Origin: Phormidesmis sp.
GTDB lineage: Bacteria > Cyanobacteriota > Cyanobacteriia > Leptolyngbyales > Leptolyngbyaceae
Length of the DNA stretch: 64,000 bases
Assembly (NCBI GenBank): GCA_965248535.1
Contig: CBDFJR010000005.1
Span: forward strand, 448,001 to 512,000
Reading direction: 5' to 3'
Shown piece after piece: positions 26,153 through 37,163 of this stretch (position 1 is its first letter; each line of letters starts with the position of its first letter). The translations under genes and the position numbers were made by a program. The notes under the pieces are model-generated. The model saw nothing but the letters and a program-made list of their open reading frames with translations. It was not told where the DNA came from and searched no databases.

Positions 26153-29100
26153 TTATTGGCGTGAATGGAGCGCTAGCTCATAGAGGCTAGTGGCTGATGC
26201 ACTGATGATAAGGTCTCCTTGGCGGGGCGTGGGAGACAAAAGTGCTAGGGCTAGCCCTCCCCACATTTCGCCGCCGAAGGGATTATCGCTCTCGACGATT
26301 CGCCCCGGCACAAAATCGACATCTAGCCAGGTGACATAGGGCGACGATCGCCAATTTGCAGTCATGATTCCCTGTCTACACCCAGGGTTAAAAGAGTCGT
26401 GCATGACCACAAGCATGGGTTTCTTAGGTCTATAGGTAAGAATGATCTCGATATCTCGCCGCACCCCTTCAGCAGAGTGATCGCCATCAATTAGAACAAA
26501 ATCGATCGGGATGTGTTCTTCTTCAAGGGCTGTAAAGAGCAATGGCAGCAAAATCGAGGATTGACCCGTCAGATAGCTGACGTTTTTCATTCCTGGAAGC
26601 CGTGACGGAACCTCTGGGTCGATGTCGATCGAGAAAACCATCTCTGAATATTGGTCAAGGAGCGACAAACTGCCCCCATAATAAGTCCCAATTTCAATAC
26701 AGCATTTGGGTTGGTGCCGAGCCAAAAGACCCGTTAGCGCAATCCGCTCTGAATCGTGCATCTGCCAACGCTCAAGCAGGCAGTTTGGATAGAGCAAATC
26801 TTCCCATCGGCTTGAATCAAGCTGCAAGCTAGAAACCATGTTCGACCTCCCTGAATCAATGTCTAAACCAAGAATAGCTGACACTTCTTGAGCGTAATCA
26901 TCCCAATTCTTTAGCTGACGATTGCTGGCCGCTTCAGAGAGTTGAGTCAGCAGGCTGGGATCAGCAGAAAGCGTGTTGATAGCGTCAGCGATCGCCGCCG
27001 CATCGGTCATATCGACGACCCAGCAGCCACCTTCTGCGGCTAGCTCTGCCATCACTCCCTCACGATGACAAAGACAGACCCGCCCGTGCCAAACGCTCTC
27101 TAGAATGGGCATCCCAAAGCCTTCGATCAGAGAACTGTAGATAGTGAACGTCGATTGTTCATAAAGCTGGTGCAGCTTGGCATCATCGACAACCCCTAAC
27201 CACTCAATTCGAGAATCTTTGGCTGAGGCAGTCTTAACCGCTTCATAGATCTCTGGTGCGCCTTCATAGCGATTGCCCACCAAGGTTAAACGCCAATCTA
27301 AGTGGGGATATCGCTGCGCTAATAGCTCAAAAGACTTTAGCAGAGTGATGTGATTTTTGCGTGGCTCAAGGGTTGAGACACAGAGGATTTTGATGAGGTT
27401 TGAGCGGCGATCGGGCGTTTCAACAGTGCGCGAATTCTGGCTAAATTCGCCCGGCAGCAGCACACTCACAACGTTGCCGTGGTTAACTTTATTTTGGGCC
27501 CAATAATTGAGCAGACAAGTCGCTGAATATTCAGAAATCGCAATGCTCTGATCAACGCCAGACAGCATTTGCAAGTAGTTCACAAACAACGAACTCACGC
27601 TATTGCTGCACAACTCTGGATGCAAAACTGGAATCAAATCGTAGAAGATCGCAGAGGTTTTCCAGCCCTGCTGTTTCCCATAAGCAAAGGCTTTTTCGAC
27701 TCGCGGATCGATCACAGTCTCAGCCAACAAGAACCGCGTTTGACGGGGATCATAGTCGCTTTTGAGCGTCAAAAACTCATCGAGAGAAATCTGCCCATAT
27801 CGTTCGAGAATGGTCAGGGCATAAGACGGCAGGTGAGGGCCATTAAACTGTCCTAACTGTTGATAGCCCGCTTCAGAAGGCAAGACATAACGCTCTGTTG
27901 CAAAGTCCCAAACGACAAAAACTGGGTCAAACCTAGTCTGAAGGGCGCGACAGAGTTGTCGAGTCACGCGGATCACTCCAGAATTTGCAGCGTCGCGGCA
28001 GCTATTGGTGACATCAATGAGCAGCAGCCGCACATCGTTTGTCGAAGAAGAAAGACGGTGATTAGTTTGCACAGCAGTCGAGAGAGTCTGGCAATAGCGA
28101 TCGACCACAGCTTGCCAGCGAAACTGCGATCGAAACCGATCGTAATGTTCGGCACTTTGGGCAGAGTCGGGGATGCGATCGCTCAGGATAAAACTGACTT
28201 TTTCTGCCATATCGGCGGCATCAGCGCAGAGAAACCAGGGATGCACAACGACTTCGGGGTGAGCCGCCAAATCAAAAGCTAGGGCAGGTTTTTGTAACCA
28301 CTGCATCTCAGCCAGAGGGAGATTAAACCCTTCCCAAAGCGATACAGAAACCCCCAACTTTACCTGTTGCATCACGGTTTGTAGTTCAGCGTCATCTGGA
28401 AACCCGATCGCTCTAAGATGGCCGCGCAAATCACGGGGAATCTGGAGGTCAGAGGGTTCGGCCAGCACTAATAAAACGATCTGAGGATGCTGCGGCATCA
28501 GACGGCGCACCAGGTCAAAGCAAGCCTCAGAGTTTTTATAACAGCCTGCCTCCCAGCGTCCCAGGTTCAAAATGCAGACCCGCCCGGTGGATTGCAGGCG
28601 TTCAACGATCTCAAGGCTGCTGCCTGAAGACTTCTTTTGTTGCAGAAGAGGCTGCTTCCACAGCGGCATCTCTAAGTGATCAGCCCCTAACAAAATAGAC
28701 TGAACTCCGGTATCTGAGCCACGATCGGGAATGCTTTGAGTCTTGGCAATAAACTCGCTGATGGGCAAAATTCCGGTTGCTTTGCTGAGATAAGTGCGAC
28801 GGAGCTTCCTGAGTTTTTCTTGAATCGATCGCCCGTGACCTGAAAAGCCATCTAAGGGCACTGCACCTGCATCAACAAACAGCACAGTCTGACAGACCCG
28901 CGAGAAAAATTCGAGCGATTGAAAAAAGGGCCAACCGCCCGTGATCACAACGTCGGGCTGATCGGTAGGCGAAAATAGGCTGCTCCAGTGCGCTTCTAGC
29001 CACTCGGCTGTGAACTCGTCAGAGTTAGCGTAGTCATCTGGAGCCGGAGGAACTTGAATCAATTTTTGGGTAAAAGGTCGAACGATCGCTTCATCACAGC

Positions 29101-29218
29101 GGCAGCCCATCAAGTAGACCTCGTGCCCGCGCTCGAATAGTCCCTGAGCCAGCAAGATCAAAACCCGATCGAGACCAAAGCGAAATAAGAACCTCTCATT
29201 GCAAATCAAAATTTTCAT
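26153..29218 (-). CDS. Multidomain GT4-GT4-methyltransferase fusion
   Basis: Two GT-B motifs (WEGFNLPLAE and IEGFGMPILE) plus a C-terminal class I MTase (IEIGTYYGGS, IDGDHS). Start placed at MKILICN; an alternative start exists at 29248. Confidence 0.85.
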   Translation of the reverse strand: MKILICNERFLFRFGLDRVLILLAQGLFERGHEVYLMGCRCDEAIVRPFTQKLIQVPPAPDDYANSDEFTAEWLEAHWSSLFSPTDQPDVVITGGWPFFQSLEFFSRVCQTVLFVDAGAVPLDGFSGHGRSIQEKLRKLRRTYLSKATGILPISEFIAKTQSIPDRGSDTGVQSILLGADHLEMPLWKQPLLQQKKSSGSSLEIVERLQSTGRVCILNLGRWEAGCYKNSEACFDLVRRLMPQHPQIVLLVLAEPSDLQIPRDLRGHLRAIGFPDDAELQTVMQQVKLGVSVSLWEGFNLPLAEMQWLQKPALAFDLAAHPEVVVHPWFLCADAADMAEKVSFILSDRIPDSAQSAEHYDRFRSQFRWQAVVDRYCQTLSTAVQTNHRLSSSTNDVRLLLIDVTNSCRDAANSGVIRVTRQLCRALQTRFDPVFVVWDFATERYVLPSEAGYQQLGQFNGPHLPSYALTILERYGQISLDEFLTLKSDYDPRQTRFLLAETVIDPRVEKAFAYGKQQGWKTSAIFYDLIPVLHPELCSNSVSSLFVNYLQMLSGVDQSIAISEYSATCLLNYWAQNKVNHGNVVSVLLPGEFSQNSRTVETPDRRSNLIKILCVSTLEPRKNHITLLKSFELLAQRYPHLDWRLTLVGNRYEGAPEIYEAVKTASAKDSRIEWLGVVDDAKLHQLYEQSTFTIYSSLIEGFGMPILESVWHGRVCLCHREGVMAELAAEGGCWVVDMTDAAAIADAINTLSADPSLLTQLSEAASNRQLKNWDDYAQEVSAILGLDIDSGRSNMVSSLQLDSSRWEDLLYPNCLLERWQMHDSERIALTGLLARHQPKCCIEIGTYYGGSLSLLDQYSEMVFSIDIDPEVPSRLPGMKNVSYLTGQSSILLPLLFTALEEEHIPIDFVLIDGDHSAEGVRRDIEIILTYRPKKPMLVVMHDSFNPGCRQGIMTANWRSSPYVTWLDVDFVPGRIVESDNPFGGEMWGGLALALLSPTPRQGDLIISASATSLYELALHSRQ

Positions 29219-29231
29219 CGAAGTCGTCTCC

Positions 29232-30329
29232 TCACTTCTTCCAGCCAATCACTGCATAATCTTGGCATCCCAGCAACAGGGTTTGTAGAAACGCGTTATT
29301 CAAATGATGGTCAGTATCTGTGTCGTGTAACCGATGAACTTCGACCGCATGGAAACCGCGATTTTCTAAAATAAACTTTGCCATCATCGGGGGAATCGGG
29401 TTGCGGTGAGTTGGGTCGAGATAGAAATTACAAGCCCCAACAATTAGGTTTTCTGGGTTAGGAGTTTCAAGAATTAAAACTCCATCGGGTTCCAAAACTC
29501 GAAAAGCTTGATCAATAAACTCCATGTGATCACGAAATGATAAATGCTCAATCACATGAAAAGCAGAAACAGCCATTACAGAATCAGAGGGTAACGAAGC
29601 CAGATGCTCTATCCCATCTTTTTCAATCACGTCAAACCCTTGGTCTTGACACGATTTGATCATGACTCGGTTTGTATCGACCCCCAACGCACTAAAGTTG
29701 GCTTCTGCTAACAACTCAAGCCATTCTCCACGTCCGCAGCCAACATCAATGACTCTCTTGCTAGCGCTGGTTTCTGAGGCTTTCTCGATCGTGGGAATGT
29801 AATAGTTCAAACGCTCCTTAATTTCAAGTCGATCGCCGCGAAATTGACCCTCAAATTCTGCATAGAAGGCATCCAGTGAATGCTGATCTTCAGAGGTATC
29901 CTGCTGCTCAATTTCCTGATGAAGACGATGATCGACATGACTAACTCGTGCAGCGATCGTCTTAATTTCTGTCATCAAGTGCCGATTAATTGCTGTAGAC
30001 TCGCGCAAGGCCCGCAGCAGATTAAGATTAACTTCTCGTTGGTCTCTAAACAAGAAGTTAAATAACTTCAAAACAAAGTTTTGGATGGGGTCTGGCTTCA
30101 ACAGAAACCGACTCAATTTATCCGGCAGTTTTGTCCGAACATTCGTTCTAGATTCTGCATTTCTCAGCAATAGCTCAATGTGGTCGATCATCGCGCTGAC
30201 TTTAGCAGTTTCGACACTGTGATCCTCTGCGGAAAACTGCTGGACTACTCGACGACGCTTTTTGACTTCTATCCTGATTTTTTGCATCAGGTCGTCAACA
30301 TTAATCTCTGAATTGTTTGCCTCAGGCAT
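29232..30329 (-). CDS. Class I SAM methyltransferase with N-terminal coiled coil (glycan chain-terminator-like)
   Basis: FE..FRG, IDVGCGRGEWL, FHVIEHL, ETPNP, FYLDPTH; helical N-terminal half. Confidence 0.87.
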   Translation of the reverse strand: MPEANNSEINVDDLMQKIRIEVKKRRRVVQQFSAEDHSVETAKVSAMIDHIELLLRNAESRTNVRTKLPDKLSRFLLKPDPIQNFVLKLFNFLFRDQREVNLNLLRALRESTAINRHLMTEIKTIAARVSHVDHRLHQEIEQQDTSEDQHSLDAFYAEFEGQFRGDRLEIKERLNYYIPTIEKASETSASKRVIDVGCGRGEWLELLAEANFSALGVDTNRVMIKSCQDQGFDVIEKDGIEHLASLPSDSVMAVSAFHVIEHLSFRDHMEFIDQAFRVLEPDGVLILETPNPENLIVGACNFYLDPTHRNPIPPMMAKFILENRGFHAVEVHRLHDTDTDHHLNNAFLQTLLLGCQDYAVIGWKK

Positions 30330-30375
30330 ATTTTTTTACCTCAATAACCCTCATTTACCCAATGCCACAGACCGC

Positions 30376-32211
30376 TCACGTTACCTCAATACAAACATCT
30401 TGCATCATCTGAGTCGGCGCTTGATCAAACCAACGAACGCCCTCCTGAACAAGGGTCATTCTCAAAATATAACGACCTGGCACTGGAAGAGCTTTGACTC
30501 TGGCTCGATAGATTTTTTTGCTCTGATGAACCGCAGGAAAATTTTGGGGTTTGGGATCACTGCGATCGAGAATCGGAAATAACCTGGTTCGCTCTCCATC
30601 AAAAACGATAGAGTCGTGAGTCTGTGAATCTAGCCAGTGATAGGCAATGTGAACGGGATGGGAACCGTAGCTATGCAGAACAAACTCGCTATTGTTTTGT
30701 AGCGCTAACTGAACTTCAAACTCACGATCGGCTTTTACCTGGTTAGCAAAATCTGTGATCAACAGCCTGAGTTGACCTCCAGAAATAGGGCTGAGGGGCG
30801 ACATCTCTAATCGACTTTTCAACGCGTCTAGATCGATCGCTTGATGAGAGGCCACAGCAAACAAACTAGGCGCGCTCGCAAGCTCTCTAATAGAGAACTT
30901 TTTTGTTAAGCTGCCACCAGGGTTATCGTGACTGCCAAACCATAAATGCAGATGTTTGAAATGTTGACTTAACTGCCGCTTCATCACCCGCGGAGATTGC
31001 TCATTGATGTGCATGAGTAGCTCATATCTTGATCGAGGTTCTGGCGGCAAATAAGCACCTACAGAAGCGGCAATCTTTCGTTTGCGAACATAGTCATATT
31101 TGTAATGCCACAGGTTAGGAAAGGTGTGAATAATCAACAAACCTGATGGATTTAATTGGTCAGCTACTTTTTGGTAAAGCTGATTAACTTCATCAAAAGA
31201 CAAATGTTCGATTAAGTCAGAGGCGATCGCGAGATCATAGCGCTCTGTTAAGGCAACCTTGCAAACGTCATCACAGATAAACTCTACGTTCTTTCTTAGC
31301 TGATCGTCGCCATCAAAACACTTTTCTGCTAAATCAATGGCACTTTGAGAATAGTCAACCGACGTGACTGAAAACCCCTGATTTGCGAAGTAGTAGCTCA
31401 ATTCACCGCGTCCACATCCCAAATCAAGGACTCGCCCTGACTGACGCAGACCCGCGATCGTGGCAGTCGCTTGCAGTCGCGGGTCGGCCAACTGTTTTCC
31501 TTGATGTCTCTTATAAACGTCATAGCCACCGCAATCTTGAAGATAGTAGCCTGTCGTGTATGTTTCGCGAATCGAGAGTGAGCCTGCCCCCTGCGATCGC
31601 CGTTGCTGCACCTGCACCAAATAGTCTTCAGAGACTTTGATCAAAAGCTCTCCGGCATAGCCCGGAATCACCCCATACCAGTCAAACAAATCACTATAGC
31701 GAAGCAGAAAATCATTCACCGCCGTAAAGTTTTGACGAGTCCAGAGATAGCCATCGACCAAAACATAGCGAGCCTGCTTTAGGGCAAGTTCTAAATCGTG
31801 AAAGGTGCCATCACCATCTTGTTGACCATCGACATGAACAAGATCATAGATGTCTCCCGGAAACCACTCCATCGTTTGAGTATCTGCCACGATGAAATCA
31901 GCGCTGAAGGGTTGGGTGATTTTTTTAGCCCAATTGATAGCCCCCTGTGTTCCGCCAAATGTGTCTACGTCTAAATCAATTCCAACATAGTGAGCGGTTG
32001 GAACGCCTGATAAAAATGCAGCCGCAGAATATCCAAACCGGACTCCGATCTCTAAGATTGAAGCAGGCTTTAGAACATGAGCGATCGCCCATTTGAGTCT
32101 GTAGTAATCAACCCAATCGATAAACAAATGGGCGAGAGGATCGGCGGAATAAGCAGTAGCGCGAAAGTCATATTTCGAGGATCGAACCTGTTGAATGATG
32201 GCTTCAAACAT
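30376..32211 (-). CDS. Tandem double methyltransferase with C-terminal Ig-like domain
   Basis: ILEIGVRFGYS / VHVDG (MTase 1), LDLGCGRGEL / DLIEHL (MTase 2), C-terminal YHW...PGRY.L...LVQEGVRWF beta-rich domain. Confidence 0.82.
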   Translation of the reverse strand: MFEAIIQQVRSSKYDFRATAYSADPLAHLFIDWVDYYRLKWAIAHVLKPASILEIGVRFGYSAAAFLSGVPTAHYVGIDLDVDTFGGTQGAINWAKKITQPFSADFIVADTQTMEWFPGDIYDLVHVDGQQDGDGTFHDLELALKQARYVLVDGYLWTRQNFTAVNDFLLRYSDLFDWYGVIPGYAGELLIKVSEDYLVQVQQRRSQGAGSLSIRETYTTGYYLQDCGGYDVYKRHQGKQLADPRLQATATIAGLRQSGRVLDLGCGRGELSYYFANQGFSVTSVDYSQSAIDLAEKCFDGDDQLRKNVEFICDDVCKVALTERYDLAIASDLIEHLSFDEVNQLYQKVADQLNPSGLLIIHTFPNLWHYKYDYVRKRKIAASVGAYLPPEPRSRYELLMHINEQSPRVMKRQLSQHFKHLHLWFGSHDNPGGSLTKKFSIRELASAPSLFAVASHQAIDLDALKSRLEMSPLSPISGGQLRLLITDFANQVKADREFEVQLALQNNSEFVLHSYGSHPVHIAYHWLDSQTHDSIVFDGERTRLFPILDRSDPKPQNFPAVHQSKKIYRARVKALPVPGRYILRMTLVQEGVRWFDQAPTQMMQDVCIEVT

Positions 32212-33505
32212 AAGTCTTTCTATGGAGCGTGACGGACGGATTAAGATTGACTACCCCATGCCAGAGTGACGCATTCTTTTGTCTCAAGACTTTGATGATG
32301 GCTGTGTCATGAAGATAGGTCAGCACCCGTTTGAATCTTCCTTCTGAGAAGCCGCCATCGGCAACCCCAATGGTGATCGTGTATTCGCCCTCTGCTAAGG
32401 GAAGATCAAACTGAAAGCGAACGTCTAGAAAGTCATCTGCAACCACTGGGCCAATAAATTGACGCATACAGTAGGTGTTAGTTTCAAACATGACTTCTCC
32501 AATTCGATTCCGAATTTTGAAACCAACGTGGGGGTCTTCAATCTGGTCTAAAAACACTAGCCCGATCGCGATTTGCAACGTCTGGTCGCTCGTGATGCAC
32601 TGCACTTCACGATCGTCTTGATCTAAGAGTTTGATAAATTCTATCGACACACAATCAGCGCTGATTGCAGCCTGCGGACTCTGATCATCACGGTCTTGAG
32701 CAACGTCTTGAGGAAACAAAGCACTAGATTGAGGCTGTAGCTGAATCTCAACGAGATCAGGGCGGCTATCTAACTTCTTTAAAAGTTTTGCTTCATATAA
32801 GTTGATCACCTGCTTGGGTTTAGCATCGAGCACGGCTTGCCCATGTTCCATCAAAATGGCCCGATCGCACAGTTTATAAACCGCCGTTGAATCGTGAGAG
32901 ACGAAAAATAAAGTGACCCCTGAATCTCTCAAACCTCTAATTCGCTCAAAGCATTTCTGCTGAAAATAAATATCGCCAACTGCCAGCGCTTCATCAATAA
33001 TCAAAACGTCTGGGTCAGCACTCACGGCTACTGAAAATGCAAGACGAACCAACATACCGCTTGAATAGGTTTTAACGGGTTGGTCAATGAAATCTCCAAT
33101 ATCAGCAAAGGCAGCAATTTCATCAAACTTTTTTTCGATTTCTTGCTGACTCAAGCCTAAAACACGCCCATTAAAAAACACGTTTTGCCGACCCGTAAAT
33201 TCTGGGTTAAAACCGCTCCCTAGTTCCAATAGGGCGGAGACTCTACCGTGAACTTTCACCTGCCCAGTTGTGGGCGTTAGAGTGCCAGCAATCAGTTGCA
33301 ACAAGGTGCTTTTGCCTGAGCCATTTTGCCCAATAATGCCTAAGGTTTCTCCTTGGGCAACCTCTAGAGAAATATCTTGCAGTGCCCAGAATTCATGACC
33401 TCGGCTCCGATTGGGCAATAACATTTCTTTGAGTCGATCGACGGGTCGAGGATATCGCCTAAAACACTTCGAGACATTTTTGAGAGAAATTGCAATCTCA
33501 CTCAT
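32204..33505 (-). CDS. wzt: Polysaccharide ABC exporter ATPase with C-terminal carbohydrate-binding domain (Wzt)
   Basis: GQNGSGKST, YSSGM signature, DEALAVGD, ~150 aa Wzt_C-like extension. Confidence 0.92.
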   Translation of the reverse strand: MSEIAISLKNVSKCFRRYPRPVDRLKEMLLPNRSRGHEFWALQDISLEVAQGETLGIIGQNGSGKSTLLQLIAGTLTPTTGQVKVHGRVSALLELGSGFNPEFTGRQNVFFNGRVLGLSQQEIEKKFDEIAAFADIGDFIDQPVKTYSSGMLVRLAFSVAVSADPDVLIIDEALAVGDIYFQQKCFERIRGLRDSGVTLFFVSHDSTAVYKLCDRAILMEHGQAVLDAKPKQVINLYEAKLLKKLDSRPDLVEIQLQPQSSALFPQDVAQDRDDQSPQAAISADCVSIEFIKLLDQDDREVQCITSDQTLQIAIGLVFLDQIEDPHVGFKIRNRIGEVMFETNTYCMRQFIGPVVADDFLDVRFQFDLPLAEGEYTITIGVADGGFSEGRFKRVLTYLHDTAIIKVLRQKNASLWHGVVNLNPSVTLHRKTYV

Positions 33506-33565
33506 ATATTCTGGTTAATCCTCAAAACGCTCACACTCACTTTGATCAAAATTCAACAACTTGTT

Positions 33566-34441
33566 CTAAAGCACATCTGCAAAAGCAGGACGTAATCGCC
33601 TGTAGACAGACAGCCCAATCACAAAAATCAGGAGAGAAACCCCGGAAGTGATGCCCCATTCTAACCAGTGGTGAACTTCTCCTACTAAAACCAAATCGCG
33701 GTAGATCTCGGCGATCGCGGCCAGGGGGTTAAACCAAAAGATCCAAAAGCGCAGTTCGTCAGGAATCACCGACGCTGGGTAGACGATCGGAGTTAGATAA
33801 AACAACAGGTTGAGAGCGATCGCGATCGTTTGCGGAACATCTCTCAAGAATACTGTGAGTCCTGCTAGCAGATAGCCTAAACCTGCCGTCAGCAGCAGTT
33901 GTGGAATCCAAATCAGCGGAAATAACCAAAGTGTAATGTGAATCGTTTTAGCGGAGACGGCCACAAACACAATCAGCGCCATCAAACCCAGCAAGCTCTC
34001 AACAAAGGCTGAAAGAATCGGCACTAAAGGCAACAAAACTAATGGAAAAACTACTTTTTTAACCAGATTGGGCTGTGCAACAACCGAGGAAGTGGCTTGA
34101 AGCAAGCCTGTCATAAAAGCCATCCAGGGCACCAGCCCTGCAAACAGCCAGAGACCAAACGTAAAGTTATTGGCTGGAAGCCCAGTTAAATTGAGCTTGA
34201 CCTTAAGCACGATCGAGAACAAATAGGTATAGACCAGCAACTGTGCCAGTTGATTGAGTAAAGACCAAAGATTGCCCAAAACTGACCCCTTATAGCGAGC
34301 TTCTAAGTCTCGCTGCACAAGGGTTTTGAGCAGATCCAGCTTAACCCACCAAGGATGACGGATCGGAAATCGCTGAATCGCTCTGCGGGCAACTGTTTTG
34401 ATGGGCTTTAGCAAGTGATATTTTTCCTCTGCCTGACTCAA
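33566..34441 (-). CDS. wzm: Polysaccharide ABC exporter permease (Wzm)
   Basis: RDL.ARYKGS.LG..W, YLTPIVYP, NPL, FADVL. Confidence 0.92.
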   Translation of the reverse strand: MSQAEEKYHLLKPIKTVARRAIQRFPIRHPWWVKLDLLKTLVQRDLEARYKGSVLGNLWSLLNQLAQLLVYTYLFSIVLKVKLNLTGLPANNFTFGLWLFAGLVPWMAFMTGLLQATSSVVAQPNLVKKVVFPLVLLPLVPILSAFVESLLGLMALIVFVAVSAKTIHITLWLFPLIWIPQLLLTAGLGYLLAGLTVFLRDVPQTIAIALNLLFYLTPIVYPASVIPDELRFWIFWFNPLAAIAEIYRDLVLVGEVHHWLEWGITSGVSLLIFVIGLSVYRRLRPAFADVL

Positions 34442-34548
34442 ATTCTGACGTTGCTTGAGGGCAATGCTGGTCTTGATGGTCAGATCTTGATAGTTGGCTG
34501 TCCCCCTAATCAGTCAATCTGCCGATTGCCTCAATCTCAGATAGGATA

Positions 34549-35088
34549 TCAGGTGATGGCGCGCTGTAGGGCTTGCGCGATCGCCTCTTTTTGAGCAGCA
34601 TCATAGCCCCAGCGCTCTAGAAAGCCTTGATAGTGCCCTGCTCCAGACGCAATGCTCTCTAATAGACTCTGAATTTTAGGTTGAACGGCTGCCAGTTGAA
34701 GCTGTTGAATCAAGTGCAAGGTGCGCTGCTGCACCCGCTCTGAGCCTTGCGCCATCTCTAGATTCTGATTGCGCCGATGGGCCAAAATCATTGCGGTGGA
34801 CATGGCTAAATTTTTCACGAGCAGTTCCGATATGATCGCGGGCGACGATCGCAACCCCTGCACCACGCCGCTAGAGGGCTGATCTGCCAACGATCGCGGA
34901 TCAGTTAAATAGGTGACAAAGAATCCACGCGCTCCATTTTCAGTGGCCGCTAATGCCGCGATCGGGCGCTCAATCTCGTCTTCAGACAGCCTTCCGTGCT
35001 CTACCTCAGCCAAAATTGATTGGGTCAGCGCGATCGCATCTTCAAAAGAAATCGCGTCAGGAACTAGAAAAGTCACAGCGATCGTCAT
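34549..35088 (-). CDS. Conserved cyanobacterial hypothetical protein
   Basis: NGARGFFVTYLT, LLVKNLAMSTAM, FLERWGYD; no function recognised. Confidence 0.75.
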   Translation of the reverse strand: MTIAVTFLVPDAISFEDAIALTQSILAEVEHGRLSEDEIERPIAALAATENGARGFFVTYLTDPRSLADQPSSGVVQGLRSSPAIISELLVKNLAMSTAMILAHRRNQNLEMAQGSERVQQRTLHLIQQLQLAAVQPKIQSLLESIASGAGHYQGFLERWGYDAAQKEAIAQALQRAIT

Positions 35089-35125
35089 CTTTTTTCAAGC
35101 TCTACGGGTATGATTGTACTCAATT

Positions 35126-36316
35126 ATGGCGATTATCTCCTCCAGAAAGCAGGCACCTGAGCCAGACCGTCTAGATTCTGCACAGTTGGGGCAACTCCCG
35201 CTCACTGGGCACGCTTCTGATGGGGGAAAGCCGCCTAGAAAACCGCCTCAGGTTGGTGTGCTGCAACCAGAGCCAGACGATCGAGACGACAACGCTCGCA
35301 AAGAACTGCTAAAAGCCGAGTCAGAGCCAGAAGAGCACGGCAAGCCCGAAGAACGGCTGCGACCTCAGAAGTTGAGTGATTATGTGGGGCAAAAAGACTT
35401 AAAAGATGTCTTAGACATTGCGATTCAGGCGGCCAAAGTTCGCAAAGAGCCGTTAGACCATCTTTTGCTCTACGGGCCGCCGGGTTTGGGCAAAACTACC
35501 ATGTCGCTAATTTTGGCTGCTGAAATGGGGGTCAACTGCAAAATCACCAGCGCTCCTTCCTTAGAGCGTCCTCGTGACATTATGGGGCTGCTGGTGACGC
35601 TGCAACCGGGTGACGTGTTGTTTATTGATGAGATTCACCGTCTGCCCAGAATTACTGAAGAGTTGCTCTATCCAGCGATGGAGGATTTTCGGGTCGATGT
35701 GATTGGTGGCAAAGGGCGCAGTGCTCGCACTCAGTCAATCAAGCTGGCTCCGTTTACTCTAGTGGGGGCAACCACTCGCGTGGGAGCGTTGACTTCACCG
35801 TTGCGCGATCGCTTCGGCTTAATTCAAAAACTCCGCTTTTATGAACTTAATGAATTGACCTATATCGTGTTGAGAACGGCCTCTCTGTTAAACACGCCCA
35901 TCACGGCTGAGGGGGCTTGTGAGATTGCCCGTCGTTCTCGCGGCACGCCCCGCATCGCCAATCGCCTGTTAAAACGGGTCAGAGACTATGTTCAGGTCAA
36001 AGCGTCTGGAGAGGTGACTCAAGACATTGCGGCAGAAGCGCTGGAATTGTTTGATGTCGATCCCTGCGGGTTAGATTGGACAGATCGCCGCCTTCTCAGC
36101 TTTATGATCGAGCGACACAATGGCGGCCCGGTCGGGCTAGAAACGCTAGCCGCCTCCACGGGAGAAGACTCGCAGACGATCGAAGAAGTCTATGAACCCT
36201 ATTTGATGCAAATCGGCTATCTCAGCCGCACTCCGAGGGGGCGCATCGCAACGGCGGCGGCGTGGAAACACTTGGGCTATCAGCCCCCCGATAGTCAACT
36301 TTCTCTCATGTCATGA
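35126..36316 (+). CDS. ruvB: Holliday junction branch migration helicase RuvB
   Basis: [48 protein letters not shown] is read on the + strand at 35126, so the ORF track strand label is wrong. Confidence 0.96.
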   Translation: MAIISSRKQAPEPDRLDSAQLGQLPLTGHASDGGKPPRKPPQVGVLQPEPDDRDDNARKELLKAESEPEEHGKPEERLRPQKLSDYVGQKDLKDVLDIAIQAAKVRKEPLDHLLLYGPPGLGKTTMSLILAAEMGVNCKITSAPSLERPRDIMGLLVTLQPGDVLFIDEIHRLPRITEELLYPAMEDFRVDVIGGKGRSARTQSIKLAPFTLVGATTRVGALTSPLRDRFGLIQKLRFYELNELTYIVLRTASLLNTPITAEGACEIARRSRGTPRIANRLLKRVRDYVQVKASGEVTQDIAAEALELFDVDPCGLDWTDRRLLSFMIERHNGGPVGLETLAASTGEDSQTIEEVYEPYLMQIGYLSRTPRGRIATAAAWKHLGYQPPDSQLSLMS

Positions 36317-36331
36317 ATCTGGAGTGATCGA

Positions 36332-37156
36332 ATGCGTTGCTGGCTGAAATCTTTTTTGGCGTTTTTGCTAATCGGGCTAATCGGGTTGGGCATTTCTCCC
36401 GTTTGGGCGGCTGAAGAAGTCGTCTCGCCTCAGCCCTCGGCTCTCGATCTATTTGAGCAACTTGGCGTGCTCAGAGAGCAAGCGTTTGAGGCGACGAACA
36501 AAGGCGATTTCTCGTCGGCTGAAGGATATTGGACTCAAATCATTGATCGGTTTCCTGACAACGCTGCTGCCTGGAGCAATCGCGGCAATGCTAGAGTCAG
36601 CCAAAACAAGCTAGAGGGCGCGATCGCTGATTTTAACCAAGCGATGAAACTGGCTCCTAGTGCTCCCGATCCTTATCTAAACCGAGGAGCGGCGCTAGAA
36701 GGGTTGGGCAAATGGGAGGCGGCGATCGCTGACTACAATCATGTTTTAGAGCTTGACCCCAACGATCCGGCGGCCTACAACAATCGCGGCAATGCTGAAG
36801 CGGGGTTAGGCAATTGGGAGTTGGCGATCGCTGATTTTCAAAAAGCGTCTGATCTTGCGCCTCAATATGCGTTTGCCCGGGCCAACTATGCTCTTGCTCA
36901 ATATCAGCTTGGGCAAACCCTAGAATCGGTTCGCACGATGAAAAACCTGGTTCGCAAATATCCCAAGTTTGCCGATATGCGGGCAGCTTTGACGGCGGCC
37001 CTGTGGGTGCAGGGCAAGCAGGGCGAAGCCGAAAGTCAGTGGGTGTCTGCGGTCGGTCTCGATCGCCGCTACAAAGACATCAACTGGGTTAAAACGACTC
37101 GTCGCTGGCCTCCCCAAATCGCCGCCGCTCTAGAGAAATTCTTAAATCTTCAGTGA
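36332..37156 (+). CDS. Exported TPR protein
   Basis: Signal peptide, repeated NRG...AIADF TPR units. Confidence 0.87.
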   Translation: MRCWLKSFLAFLLIGLIGLGISPVWAAEEVVSPQPSALDLFEQLGVLREQAFEATNKGDFSSAEGYWTQIIDRFPDNAAAWSNRGNARVSQNKLEGAIADFNQAMKLAPSAPDPYLNRGAALEGLGKWEAAIADYNHVLELDPNDPAAYNNRGNAEAGLGNWELAIADFQKASDLAPQYAFARANYALAQYQLGQTLESVRTMKNLVRKYPKFADMRAALTAALWVQGKQGEAESQWVSAVGLDRRYKDINWVKTTRRWPPQIAAALEKFLNLQ

Positions 37157-37163
37157 CTAATAT

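Noticed and set aside
35114..36316. ORF track labels ruvB as minus strand
   Set aside because: The peptide MAIISSRKQ is read directly from the + strand at 35126, so this is a label error and not an inversion
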